Source: Williopsis jadinii
Lineage: Eukaryota
DNA length: 64,000 nt
Reading direction: 5' to 3'
Assembly (NCBI GenBank): GCA_024346625.1
Contig: AP024665.1
Span: forward strand, 806,001 to 870,000
Position numbers and translations under genes: made by a program. Below, in pieces: positions 33,364-45,032 of this stretch. Position 1 is the first letter of the stretch, and each line of letters starts with the position of its first letter. The notes beneath the pieces were generated by a model that was given only the letters and a program-made list of their open reading frames with translations, had not been told where the DNA came from and ran no database searches.

Positions 33364-35987
33364 ATGTCTCATTCAGGGTGAGTATCATTATGCCTCGTGT
33401 GTTTTTTGTGTGTTTTCTCTTCTTCCGGTCTGTTTTTCCCTCCATGTTCTTGGGATTTACCTTGTCTTTGTTGTGTGTGTGTGTTTTTTCTTGGAGGGGG
33501 AGGCCCGCCTCCCGCACGCCGTGGACATTCTGCCTGGCTCGCTGTCGCTGCTATACAGAGGACGCCAGCGCCTGTCAACACAGCCGAAGTTGGAGAGCCT
33601 TTAGACGAAGATAAGAGCAGCAATTATCCCTCCTTACTGGGTGAATACTAACGTGGAATCTCTATAGGAACACTACAATCACGGTTAAAGTGGTTGCTGC
33701 TGAGTCTCTTTACAAGAGGGATGTGTTTCGCAGTCCAGATCCCTTTGCCGTTCTCACTGTTGATGGTTCTCAGACAAAGTCCACGTCTGCTGCAAAGAAG
33801 ACGCTCAACCCGTATTGGAACGAGACCTTCACCTTCAACGCCAACGAAAACTCCATCCTTGTGATCCAGGTGTTTGATCAGAAGAAGTTCAAGAAGAAAG
33901 ACCAAGGGTTCCTGGGTGTCGTCAACATTAGAATAGGAGATGTTATCGATTTGAGCTTGTCGAACTTTGAGGAGACAATCACCAGGGAGCTGAAGAAGTC
34001 TAACGATAACGTTGTCGTCAGTGGTAGATTGATCATTGTGGTGTCCCATTCTGCCACCAATGGGTCGACTGCCTCCTCCAGATCCAGACCTTCCGCAGCC
34101 ATTGGAGGCTCAAGCCGTTCGAGCTCTAGTGCAGTCCAATCCTCGAATACCTCTGCTGCTGCTGCCGTTGCTAGTACTGCTGCTTCTGCTGGAACATCCT
34201 CAAACTCAAACAGACAGTACTCGTCGTTTGAAGATCAATATGGAAGACTGCCACCTGGTTGGGAGAGAAGAACCGACAACTTTGGCCGTACCTATTACGT
34301 TGACCATAACTCCAGAACCACCACTTGGAAAAGACCAACCCTCGAACAGTCAGAATCAGAACGTGGTCAACAGAGACAAAACGTTACGGAAGCTGAACGT
34401 AGACAACATCGTGGCCGTACGCTTCCTGATGACAGAGCATCATCTCCAAATCCAAATAATATCACGGTAAACACCGTTGGCGGTGCTCCTGCTTCGAGTG
34501 GAACATCTGCAGTATCTTTGGCTGCTACTGGGGGTACCACTTCTGGACTTGGTGAGTTGCCACCTGGCTGGGAGCAAAGATTTACACCCGAGGGACGCCC
34601 TTACTTTGTTGATCACAACACAAGAACCACCACATGGGTTGATCCTAGAAGACAACAATACATTAGAACGTATGGACCAAACACAACAGTACAACAACAA
34701 CCAGTATCACAGTTGGGTCCTTTGCCAAGTGGATGGGAGATGAGACTTACGAACACCGCCAGGGTGTACTTTGTTGATCACAACACGAAGACTACGACAT
34801 GGGATGATCCAAGATTGCCATCGTCTCTTGATCAAAATGTTCCTCAATATAAGAGAGATTTCAGAAGAAAGGTTATCTACTTCAGATCTCAACCAGCTTT
34901 GAGAATCCTACCAGGTCAGTGTCACATCAAGGTTAGAAGAGATCACATCTTTGAAGACTCATACCAAGAAATTATGAGACAAACTCCTGAAGATTTGAAG
35001 AAGAGATTGATGATTAAATTTGAAGGTGAAGAAGGTCTGGACTACGGTGGTGTTTCAAGAGAATTCTTCTTCCTTTTGTCACATGAAATGTTTAACCCAT
35101 TCTACTGTTTGTTCGAATACTCTGCTCACGATAACTACACACTTCAAATCAATCCAAACTCTGGTATCAACCCAGAACATTTGAACTACTTCAAGTTCAT
35201 TGGAAGAGTTGTTGGTTTGGGTGTATTCCACAGAAGATTCTTGGATGCATTCTTTGTTGGTGCTCTTTATAAGATGATGCTGCACAAAAAAGTTGTGTTG
35301 CAAGATATGGAGGGTGTTGACGCTGAATTCTATAGATCATTGAAATGGATGCTTGAAAACGACATTCAGGGCATCCTTGACCTCACGTTCTCTGCAGAGG
35401 AGGAGAGATTTGGAGAGATGCATGAGGTTGATTTGAAACCAAATGGAAGAGAGATTGAAGTGACAAATGATAATAAAAAGGAATATGTTGAGCTCATCAC
35501 TGAGTGGAAGATTTACAAGTGTGTTGAGGAGCAGTTCAAGGCATTTATGGATGGTTTCAACGAACTCATACCAGAAGAGCTGGTGAATGTGTTTGACGAG
35601 AGAGAGTTGGAGTTGTTGATTGGTGGTATCGCTGAAATTGACGTTGATGACTGGAAGAAGCATACCGACTATAGGGGATACCAAGAGTCTGATGAAGTCA
35701 TCCAATGGTTCTGGAAATGTATTTCCGAATGGGATAATGAACAAAGGGCCAGACTTCTACAATTCACTACTGGTACTTCCAGAATCCCAGTTAATGGTTT
35801 CAAGGATTTACAAGGTTCTGATGGTCCAAGAAGATTTACCATTGAAAAGGCTGGCGAACCTAACCAGCTTCCAAAATCCCACACGTGTTTCAACAGAGTG
35901 GACTTACCTCCGTATGTTGACTACGATTCCATGAAACAAAAGATGAGTTTAGCTGTTGAGGAAACTGTTGGTTTCGGTCAAGAGTGA
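33364..35987 (+). CDS. RSP5: NEDD4-family HECT E3 ligase Rsp5, two exons (33364-33377, 33668-35987)
   Basis: C2, three WW and HECT domains (LPKSHTCFN). Intron 33378-33667 (GTGAGT, TACTAAC at 33646, TAG) gives [19 protein letters not shown] in frame. Confidence 0.95.
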
Positions 35988-36773
35988 GCCTTATCGATGA
36001 CTGTGTCGTTATGATGTTTCCTACCTTTCTTTTTTCCACTTGATTTTTTTGCATTCTTTGCATTTTGTTTCTTTTCGATGAGTTATCATACTGTTCAGGT
36101 TTAAGGGTAGTCATATATACCGATCCTGAAATGGTACTCACTGGTCTTCTTGTTAGTGCTCACGTATTCGCTGGATGAACTGGACTACTCGTATTAATTA
36201 TTCTCACAGTATGATTTGTAGATTTTGCAGGTTTTGTTTTTTATAAAGATTAGAAATCATTTCAATTAGTCTGTAATACTCTGTTATCTCTAGCCATATG
36301 ATGCTTGAAGGATGGCAGATAACGAACTTACGTAGTGATCTGTATCCAAAATGTACTATGGTTCAGGTGCCACAACGATGATTTGTTCATTCTTATTCCG
36401 CACTGTATATGTGTGGACACAGGTATTTCATAACTGTCATCTTAGGTTTTGGAGATTGGTTTACCGTCTCATATCAGATCATCAAATTTGAATTGAAGAA
36501 CAGGAAACCTGGTCAAGTTGCTTACTCAACACCAGAAGAACATTGGGTCATGATGCCATTTGACTAGACGGATGCGCCACCAGCTTTTCAGTGAATTGTG
36601 AACAATTTATTGAGAAAATACACCGGGAAGTTGGGACAGGTATGTCTTGATGACATTGGCACCTCAAAGTGTATACCAAATAGTTTGGTGAAGTATTGAC
36701 AGATGGGACTGTGAATACATTGTGCTTCACTTACTGATGCTGGGATCGATATTTAATCACAACTCAACAAAAA

Positions 36774-36845
36774 TCCGTGATAGTTTAGTGGCTAGAATTA
36801 CCGCTTGTCGCGTGGTAGACCGGGGTTCAATTCCCCGTCGCGGAG
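36774..36845 (+). tRNA. tRNA-Asp (GTC)
   Basis: TCCGTGA/TCGCGGA acceptor stem, GTC anticodon, GGTTCAATTCC T-arm, followed by a T-run. Confidence 0.97.
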
Positions 36846-38085
36846 TTTTTTTTTTAAGTTTTGTCACCTAAAGAAAAGTGTAACAGTCACGTTGTGAGTG
36901 GAATAATGGCACTTTAAAACTATCGCCATACGTGTTTGTTGGTTGTGGATAAACTCATCAATATGGTTAACGAATTTATTGTTTTCAGATACTTTTTTAT
37001 GTGTTTTCACTGATTTCTTCCAGTAACTTATCGTGATATGTTATGCTACACAAGTACTAACTTTCTATTTTTTGGCTTATAAAATGCAATTATCAATCTC
37101 AAAATTATGATCAGAAACCAAAGCAATAAAAAGTTATGATATACTGAATAATTGTTGAATATGTATATATTCAATTACGCATTAGTTGATTTTGTTGATG
37201 AATCATCTATGGCACCAGAATACCCTAATTATTGGCGATATTGCATACGACTAGAGATCACAACCCCTAACTGATAGCTTTCAGGAGGTGTTTGGATGTT
37301 TTCATGTGGTTGGCCTAGTTACAACTGCTCTAACTTAAACAACCAATCAAAGCTCTGCATTTAGAAACGGTTCAATCAAACTACAATGTGTTGATATTCA
37401 GAGGCTTTTGCTAATACCAACATAACTTGGTAATATTCAGCATCGTGTAATTATAACATATTGCGCTAATCACCACTTTGTGAGATTGCGTACACTGCAC
37501 ATACAATAGGTGAGCCTACGAGTAAAGAACCAACAGCTTGCTAAAACACACAATGCAAGGGACCCTACAACTTCAACATCAGCTTAGTTTTGCTTGGTGA
37601 CAAAGTACATGTTACTACATCGTTGGAATTCATTTTTATAACGGCATGCATTCTGAAAAAGGACTGCTGAACCAATAGAACAAAAAGTGAGAAACTGGAT
37701 ATATGAACAAGGTTTTCCTCAGCTTGAAATTCTCCTGAGACAAATGCCTCTCCAGATCGTTAAAACTTACTATAAATATAAAGATCTCTTTTTTTGTAAA
37801 AATTCATTCACTCTAATCCGATTCTTCTCCCATTCTTCTCTCCCCTTCTCGTCTCCCAACCACTTACTCTCCTTCTCTTTCATTCTTCAGAATCAAACTT
37901 ATACACATAGACATTCACGTTCAACAAGAAAGGGAAAAAGAATCAAAGTTTTGTAGAACGTGTATAACATAAAAAGACGTGAGTGGCATAAAATGACATG
38001 TGTGAATATAAGTATGATTAATGACTTTGTCTTTCTCTTTTGATGTCAAAAACAACTGGAATATATGTGCACAAATTTAGTTCAA

Positions 38086-39394
38086 TTAGTTCTTTGGTGG
38101 GTTGAATCTGATCTTTCTGGTCTTAATTGGGGCCCACTTGAACTTCTTGACGTAGATGGAGATCAAGTAAAGAGAAGACAAAACAATGATAGCCTTCAAA
38201 CCCAATCTCTTTCTCTCATCGTGCTCTGGCTCAGCAGCCCAGTTCAAGAAAGTGGTAACATCCTTAGCCATTTGAGAAGTAGTAGCTGGAGTACCATCCT
38301 CGTACTCAACCAATTCATCGAACAAGACTCTACCCATGGCAATAGAACCACCTGGGAAGTATGGGTTGTAGTTGGAACCTGGTGGAAGAGTGACACCTGC
38401 TGGTGGCTCTTCTGGGTAACCGGTCAACAAAGCAAAGATGTAATCACAGGCACCGTGTCTAGCCTTGACAATCAAGGACAAATCTGGTGGAAGAGCACCT
38501 TGGTTGGCAGCTCTGGCGGCTTGTTCGTTGGCGTATGGACCTGGGATGTAATCAGCCAACTTACCGTTTCTCTTTCTTGGGTTACCTTCATCATCTGGTT
38601 CATCGTCGTACTCAAACTCCTCAGCCATGGCTCTAACTTCAGAGTTGGTGTGGGAAACACCAACCATGGTTCTCCAGGCAACTCTGTCCAAAGAGTGACA
38701 AGCAGCACAAACTTCACGGTAAACTTGGTAACCTCTTCTGATGGAAGCGTGGTCGAATGTGTCAAACATACCATTGTGTGACCATGGGTAAGCTGGTGGG
38801 TGAAGACCGTGCTCAGCGGCAGTCATGGCTTCGGCAAAGACAGAGTCCTCGTAAAGGAGGTAAGAAGCAGTCAAACCGGAAGCGGCAACACCACCAATGA
38901 TGGCCTTCTTTGCCAAAGAAGTTGGCTCAGCAGATGCCTGCTTAGCAGAGGTGGAGAAGTTTTTCTGAGGTTATTGGTTAGTAAAACTGGACACTCGAAT
39001 TGGACATGGTAGCTAATGGTAGCGGAAACCTCGAGGATATCGGAAGCGGAAAGAAAGAGCAAAAAAAACACAAGCAAAAATACCCAAGGATATATTGATC
39101 AACAGCATTCCAAGGGAGTCCAGAAACAAGATTCTGGTTCAATTACATCACTCCCTTGAATTTGTAAAATTGTTTTGTTGATGAGCTTTCCCCATTAGCT
39201 CTGTTTTGATTGGCTCGCTCCTGTCCCTCACAGAAATAACCACACACACTCTTTTGCTCGGTGTACAAGAAATCCAAATCTACGGAAAAAGGATTCCTGC
39301 TCTTCCCATCCCTCACAAGATTTCCACCAAAGTTGGAGACGACTCAATGACATACGATATTGTTTCTCACAGCAGATCTGATAGATGAGAACAT
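38086..39394 (-). CDS. CYT1: Cytochrome c1, two exons (39394-39356, 38964-38086)
   Basis: CAACH heme motif and AEAMTAAEHGLH. Intron 39355-38965 (GTATGT, TACTAAC, CAG) yields the presequence MFSSIRSAVRNNI|KNFSTSAK in frame. Confidence 0.95.
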
Positions 39395-40132
39395 GATGTG
39401 TTTTCTCTGTTTTTAATAGGAAAATGCCCTGGTTGAAATGGGTTTAGTGGTAAACTCTGCTAGTTTTTTTCCCTCGTTTTTTTTTCAACCTCTCTCTATC
39501 CCTCTGCGCCTGCTGGGAGACATTCGCTGTGTACCAATTCGCTGCTTTCAACAACTGTTTTTCCTAATATGCTGCGCCTAACGGGATATTCTTATTCTGC
39601 AAAATTGTTTCGCCTTTCATTGGCTGAAATTGCTTCGCGACAAGATCGTTGGTTAGGGAGCGCTGGCGACTTCCTTTTCGCTTACATAAGCACACAAACT
39701 AGTGCGATATGATGGTGGAGTTAAGTGTTTATACCAATGTTGGATCGAGTGATTTGTTCCGGATACTGATGTTGCTTCCATGCTCAGAGCTCGTGGGCTG
39801 TAAACATCTTTGTTTTGCAGCGTGGTTTGCCTACCCAATGAACCACCTACTATTGGCTCTGCATAATGCTGTTTATACGGCGTAGTTGACACTTCTGCAT
39901 CGATGTTTCTACCGGAGTTTTCCAAAATGGTAGGGTCCACACGTGTATGACGCAGAATGAAATCCGGTACATTGTTGCCCTCGGGAGTTGCCTCGACGCG
40001 CAGGAAACAGAGAGAAAACCAGCGTGGCTCGGCCTCATCGACTTTCAGAGAACGAGGAAAATGTAAACAAACAACAATAACAAGCAACAAACACGTATAT
40101 TGGCATTATCGACAGCGCGGTTTGTTCACGCA

Positions 40133-40972
40133 ATGGAGTTTGATGTTAGAACTGCATTTGTATCCTTCGTGGACCATCTTCCGTCAGATATCACGCGGAA
40201 GTTATGGCTAATACAGTCTCTTAACATACGACACTACGCGGTTAGGGACCAGCTAAGCGCCGCGTTGAAAGAATTGGAGCGCGTATCATCAACGGGACAC
40301 TCTGCGTACACTCAATGCGTTGCGAATGTGTTGAGGTTGACAGATGAAGCTGTTGAAATACGGCGGGAAGTACTGGAGGAGAGCAAATCCATTGAAACGA
40401 CAATCAAGATTGCAAAATTGCAATTGCAAAATCAGTACATTCAGTTAGAACACGATCACAAGATGTACCAAAATGAGATGGAGATGAAAGATGTTCTCTT
40501 GAAACACTCAAAACGATCTAATAAGAGAACGATATCCAAACCCAACGGTAATCCTTCCATCAAGTTGAGACTCAAGTTGAAAAATGTGTCAAAAGGGTCT
40601 CCCGACGGAATATCAGTTACCCCACAAAAGAAAAAGAGAGGAAGGCCTCGTAAATATCCACTGACAGTAGAACCCAAGGAAGAGGAACGACAAGATGTAT
40701 ACCAGTCGGTCGTTGATGAAGATAACAATGATATATACTGTATCTGTCGTGAACCAAGTTTTGGACAAATGGTTGCATGTGATAATCCCAATTGTAAGAT
40801 TGAATGGTTCCATTATGGATGTGTTGGCATCGTGAGAGCACCCAGAGGTCAATGGTTCTGTCCTGACTGTACAAAGGCAATTGAAATGAAGAAGAAAACC
40901 GCAAAGGTAAAAGCTGAGACTACGTCTCCGAAGAAGAAGAATCACGGAAGGAAAACAAGAAGCATTCGATAA
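40133..40972 (+). CDS. YNG1: ING-family PHD finger protein (NuA3 subunit Yng1)
   Basis: ATG at 40133; N-terminal VDHLPSDI ING domain; PHD finger YCIC...MVACDNPNCKIEWFHYGCV...WFCPDC; divergent from CYT1 as YOR064C/YOR065W. Confidence 0.82.
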   Translation: MEFDVRTAFVSFVDHLPSDITRKLWLIQSLNIRHYAVRDQLSAALKELERVSSTGHSAYTQCVANVLRLTDEAVEIRREVLEESKSIETTIKIAKLQLQNQYIQLEHDHKMYQNEMEMKDVLLKHSKRSNKRTISKPNGNPSIKLRLKLKNVSKGSPDGISVTPQKKKRGRPRKYPLTVEPKEEERQDVYQSVVDEDNNDIYCICREPSFGQMVACDNPNCKIEWFHYGCVGIVRAPRGQWFCPDCTKAIEMKKKTAKVKAETTSPKKKNHGRKTRSIR

Positions 40973-40994
40973 GATGTATACATTATATATATGC

Positions 40995-42728
40995 TTATTC
41001 ATCTGTGTCACTATCCCAAAGCGAATCTTCAAAGAAGTATAACCAACTTAGTCCAAACCAGCTTCCAATGACTCCAACACCACAATAGACACTGTAAATC
41101 ATCAAACCCACAAATTCGAACTTTTGTAGTATGACATATTTTGATTTGAATATGTCTAATAGAAAGACAAAATAAACCATTGGGATCAAGCCCAGTGTAT
41201 AAATCAATGCAACCCTGTCAAACATAAAGACTCTCTCGTGTTTGGTCTTGTGCGATGAAACCTCGTTGAAAGACACCGTGTATATGACGAACCAAATGAA
41301 TGTGTAAAGTGCCTTGACGATGTTCTGGCTAGGCAGCAGCGGGAACAGAGAGACATAGCCTGCACCTGCAATGATCATAAAACAGTTCAACAGTCTCTTC
41401 TCAGTGATTAGGAAAGTGAAGGGGAAGATAATGAGCATCACAGCCTTCTCGTGGACGTGCCATCCGAATAGGAAGGATGCGTACGCATTCAGAGTCAACG
41501 CACCGATGAATCTCTTAAAAGTTGGATTCAAAAGCACTGGTAGGACGGATAGTACGTCGTAGAATAACGTCAGAAGGAAACAAACGCGTGGTGTTATGTT
41601 TGGTAGAATGATGAACGCCACATCTTGCACGAGCCCCTTCGTGCCAGTATTGCCAGCACTGGCGATTTTAGCAGCTATTACTTCACGCGATGGAACGTGG
41701 ATGAGTCTCGAGAGCAGTCCATTGATATACGGCCATTGTAACACTATCACCAAGATCTTGTCCACGAACGAATAAAGAGCCCAAATATTCGGGGCCCAAT
41801 ATGCATGTGTCAGCCCTCTCGAGAAGGGGAACAGACGTGAGAGTAACTGGGGCATGACGTCGTAGTAGATGAAAGGCCCAAATGCCACTGCAAACACTGC
41901 GATGACGATGGCTCCTAACTTGAACAAGTTTTGCCACTTGACAAATTTGATGATGTTCTTCTGCGTAACGTCCAACACTTCCGCTCTTAGCAAGTAAACA
42001 AAGACCGCTGGGGCCAAATACAAGAAGATGTGCTTAAAGCATAGCAACACAGCAAACCAAAAGGCCATCCAGTAGTGTTTCTTGTGTCTTGCACACAGGA
42101 TCACACAGCACAATATACCAAAGAGCATCCCGTTGTATTGGAAGTGCATATGATCCACAATCAACAACCCTGGTGAGAGCACCAGTGAGCCTGCGATGAT
42201 GAACGTCAGAGTCTTGTTCTCGCTCAAGTTGATGTACGTCTGCAACACTGCAAACAGGAATATCTCTGTGATGATCACTGTGCTTCTCTGGAACACCACG
42301 GTTGCCCAACCGTACTGTCCCTTCTCCACAAGATCGAGGCATCCATCTTCAACAACCCTCGGAGGCACAAACTGCGACAGAGCCCATTCAAAGTATGCAA
42401 AGAACGGTGGATAGTCCAAGGTCCATTGACTCGTGGCCTCGATATACCAGCTCTTCAGGGGTAATCTGTTCGTGATTGCCAGCCAATTACGATGCACGTC
42501 AAAGTCGGTAGAATGATACGTATCAAATAACAGCACTTTCAAGATCGTGGTGGCTACCCAGATGTTCCATAGGGAGAAGTTGCGTGTTCCCTTTGTAGGC
42601 TCTTTGGACGAGAACCATGATGATTTCACTGACGGAGAAGGGCTCTTCGGTTCACTTCCCGGATCTATTGAGCCTTCCAGTGACGACCTCACCGGAGTCT
42701 TCTTCTTTCTACTCCTTACTTCCGACAT
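40995..42728 (-). CDS. ALG8: Dolichyl-P-glucose glucosyltransferase Alg8
   Basis: ATG at 42728; motifs YHSTDFDVHRNW, WTLDYPPFFAYFEW, RLFPFSRGLTHAYWAPN and GWHVHEK. Confidence 0.95.
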   Translation of the reverse strand: MSEVRSRKKKTPVRSSLEGSIDPGSEPKSPSPSVKSSWFSSKEPTKGTRNFSLWNIWVATTILKVLLFDTYHSTDFDVHRNWLAITNRLPLKSWYIEATSQWTLDYPPFFAYFEWALSQFVPPRVVEDGCLDLVEKGQYGWATVVFQRSTVIITEIFLFAVLQTYINLSENKTLTFIIAGSLVLSPGLLIVDHMHFQYNGMLFGILCCVILCARHKKHYWMAFWFAVLLCFKHIFLYLAPAVFVYLLRAEVLDVTQKNIIKFVKWQNLFKLGAIVIAVFAVAFGPFIYYDVMPQLLSRLFPFSRGLTHAYWAPNIWALYSFVDKILVIVLQWPYINGLLSRLIHVPSREVIAAKIASAGNTGTKGLVQDVAFIILPNITPRVCFLLTLFYDVLSVLPVLLNPTFKRFIGALTLNAYASFLFGWHVHEKAVMLIIFPFTFLITEKRLLNCFMIIAGAGYVSLFPLLPSQNIVKALYTFIWFVIYTVSFNEVSSHKTKHERVFMFDRVALIYTLGLIPMVYFVFLLDIFKSKYVILQKFEFVGLMIYSVYCGVGVIGSWFGLSWLYFFEDSLWDSDTDE

Positions 42729-42742
42729 CCTTCCCTCAACGA

Positions 42743-42788
42743 ATGCTTGTCCGTTGATGCTTGTCCGTTGATGCTTGCCCGTTGATGC
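42743..42788. repeat. 14-bp tandem repeat, about 3.3 copies, in the ALG8 leader
   Basis: ATGCTTGTCCGTTG twice, then ATGCTTGCCCGTTG, then ATGC. Confidence 0.85.
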
Positions 42789-42992
42789 CAACCACCGGCT
42801 GCTGTTAGTGGAAGAAATTTCATAGAGGCTGCGTAGGGAGAGCGCACCCCCGCCCACCGCCCGGAGGGCAGAGGCCACGGGAGAAAATTCAAAGGGCAAA
42901 GCGTACTGGGAAACTTTCACCCATAAAATGCCAGAACCAGCGGAGATCACACCAATTGGATACAGAAACGAGCTCTTTCAACAACGGACAGC

Positions 42993-44954
42993 ATGAGTGA
43001 CGATGCACTACAAGGATCTGAATGGGATGACGCCATCAGTGCCAATCCCAGACCCATGGTTCTAGAGCATAATTTGGCTGAGGAGTTGGCAAACACCCTC
43101 GGCAGAGATGACGATCACAGAGAGAACGAGACACCTGAGGAAGAGGAGGAGGAGGAGGAGGAGGAGCAAGACGAACACATTGAGCAAGATGAGGATGCAC
43201 ACGATGATGATGAGCCTGTACACGTGCCACAAGAGAAGGCCGAACCAAAGGATACGTCTGGTTTGCTCTCTACTCTGACTGATGGAGATAAGGGATTCAT
43301 CTCAGAGTCAATAGTGTCTCCAAAGAAAGATGAGGCATTGTTCAAAGACAGCGGCAGCGCAGTGAAACTGCCTGGACTGACCAACGGATCCGACTCTCAC
43401 GATGCAGCCTCTTCGACTTTAACATCCTCATCGCCTTCAAAGGTTCGTCTCCGCAACATGTACAGGGCACCAAGACACCGCAGAACCCAGTTGCCAGAGA
43501 GTGCTAGTCACCAACACACCACTGGCACGATTGCTTCTGCTCCATTGGGTACTTCTTCTGCTGATGACGGTACTGATGACCCTATGGGGCCACTGGGTGG
43601 CTCTGAACAGACAAGTGAAGTTGCAGATCCGGAAGAGATATCAGGGGGCGATTCGTTGTTCCAACAAGCTGATGGACCGCTTTTCCACATCAACAGAACA
43701 CCTCTTTCTCCACTCAAGAAGATCCCATCGTCTCAGGTTGAAACAACAGGATCCGAGGGTAATGTCAAGGAAAAGGAGAAGCCAACGAAGAAAGAATTAC
43801 AGGTGAAGATGGAAATCTCTGTTGGTGATCCCATCAAGGTTGGCGAACTAACGGGTGCCCATATCGCCTACAGTGTTCGTACAAACAGCGATAGCGATCT
43901 ATTCAAAACTCCACAAACGGTGGTCTCTAGAAGGTATAGAGATTTCAGATGGTTATACCGTCAGTTGCAATCTACACATCCTGGTCGTATTGTACCACCA
44001 CCACCAGACAAGCAGGCAGTGGGAAGATTCAACGAGGATTTCATCGAGGGAAGAAGGTTTGCCCTTGAAAGAATGTTGAAGAAGATCTCAGAGAACCCCG
44101 TTCTTCATAATGATCCTGACTTCATCATGTTCTTACAAAGTGAGCGATTCTCTTCAGAGGCCAGAGAGCGTGAAAAGGCTGCCGGTGCAAGCTCTATCTT
44201 CACTGAACACGAATCTGATAGTATGAACAGTAACTCTGGTGGATTCCTGAGCTCCATAGGAGGTGCCTTCTCTTTCACGCCAAAGATCATTGAGCCTGAG
44301 GATTACTTCAAGGATAAGAAATCATATATTGAAGGATTAAGCCAACAGTACAAGGTTTTCTTGAAGAATTTGGAGACTATCATCATTCAGAGACATGACC
44401 TGGCATCTGTTACTGTGGAGTTTGCCAACATCATCGAGACATTGGCAGATTTGGAAATCTCGAAGGGCTCAACAGAGATTTTCCAGGAGTTCGCTGCTAC
44501 TGAAATGAGGCTAAAAGAACTTCTAGACAGATTGTCACTACAGGATATGCTGACCTTGGGTGCCACGCTTGATGAATACATGAGAATTATCAACAGTATC
44601 AAGACTGTTTTCCAACAGAGAGACAAGGTTCTGGTCCAACTGTCAGTGGCAGAAACCGATTTGAAGAAGAAGCAGGCTTCTCTTGATAAATACGTCAAGT
44701 ACAACAGAACACAGACGGAGAAGATTGGAGTTATCAAATCAGAACTCACAGCAATTGAACAGAGATACAAGGCAACAAGGGAACGATTTGATGAAATAGG
44801 CAATACGATAAGAGAGGAGCTGGCAACATTTGAGGTCGAAAGGATCCATGACTTTAGAAATACGGTGGAGATATTCTTGGAGAGTACAATTGAGTCTCAG
44901 AAGGAAGCAGTTGAGTTATGGGAAACGTTTTACAATATGTACCTCACGGCTTGA
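42993..44954 (+). CDS. VPS5: Retromer PX-BAR sorting nexin Vps5
   Basis: PX motifs SRRYRDFRWLY and PPPPDKQ; C-terminal LESTIESQKEAVELWETF; divergent from ALG8. Confidence 0.94.
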   Translation: MSDDALQGSEWDDAISANPRPMVLEHNLAEELANTLGRDDDHRENETPEEEEEEEEEEQDEHIEQDEDAHDDDEPVHVPQEKAEPKDTSGLLSTLTDGDKGFISESIVSPKKDEALFKDSGSAVKLPGLTNGSDSHDAASSTLTSSSPSKVRLRNMYRAPRHRRTQLPESASHQHTTGTIASAPLGTSSADDGTDDPMGPLGGSEQTSEVADPEEISGGDSLFQQADGPLFHINRTPLSPLKKIPSSQVETTGSEGNVKEKEKPTKKELQVKMEISVGDPIKVGELTGAHIAYSVRTNSDSDLFKTPQTVVSRRYRDFRWLYRQLQSTHPGRIVPPPPDKQAVGRFNEDFIEGRRFALERMLKKISENPVLHNDPDFIMFLQSERFSSEAREREKAAGASSIFTEHESDSMNSNSGGFLSSIGGAFSFTPKIIEPEDYFKDKKSYIEGLSQQYKVFLKNLETIIIQRHDLASVTVEFANIIETLADLEISKGSTEIFQEFAATEMRLKELLDRLSLQDMLTLGATLDEYMRIINSIKTVFQQRDKVLVQLSVAETDLKKKQASLDKYVKYNRTQTEKIGVIKSELTAIEQRYKATRERFDEIGNTIREELATFEVERIHDFRNTVEIFLESTIESQKEAVELWETFYNMYLTA

Positions 44955-45032
44955 GCCCTATTCTCTCTATGCATGAATTGAGCTTCTTGTGTGATATAAA
45001 AACTTGTTTCATCGATGTTCGAAAGTGTAGGT

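Noticed and set aside
38065..38781. 238-aa ORF antisense to CYT1, and similar ORFs opposite GUT2, POT1 and PEX11
   Set aside because: Same codon-bias shadow effect.
39441..39454. GGTTTAGTGGTAAA resembling a tRNA-Gly D-arm/A-box
   Set aside because: No acceptor stem, anticodon arm or B-box follows.
39653..40090. 145-aa minus-strand ORF between CYT1 and YNG1
   Set aside because: Non-ATG start, sits in a divergent promoter, no recognisable homology.
42729..42950. 74-codon GTG-initiated extension of ALG8
   Set aside because: It would span nearly the whole 264-bp divergent ALG8/VPS5 promoter and a tandem repeat, and shows no targeting features.
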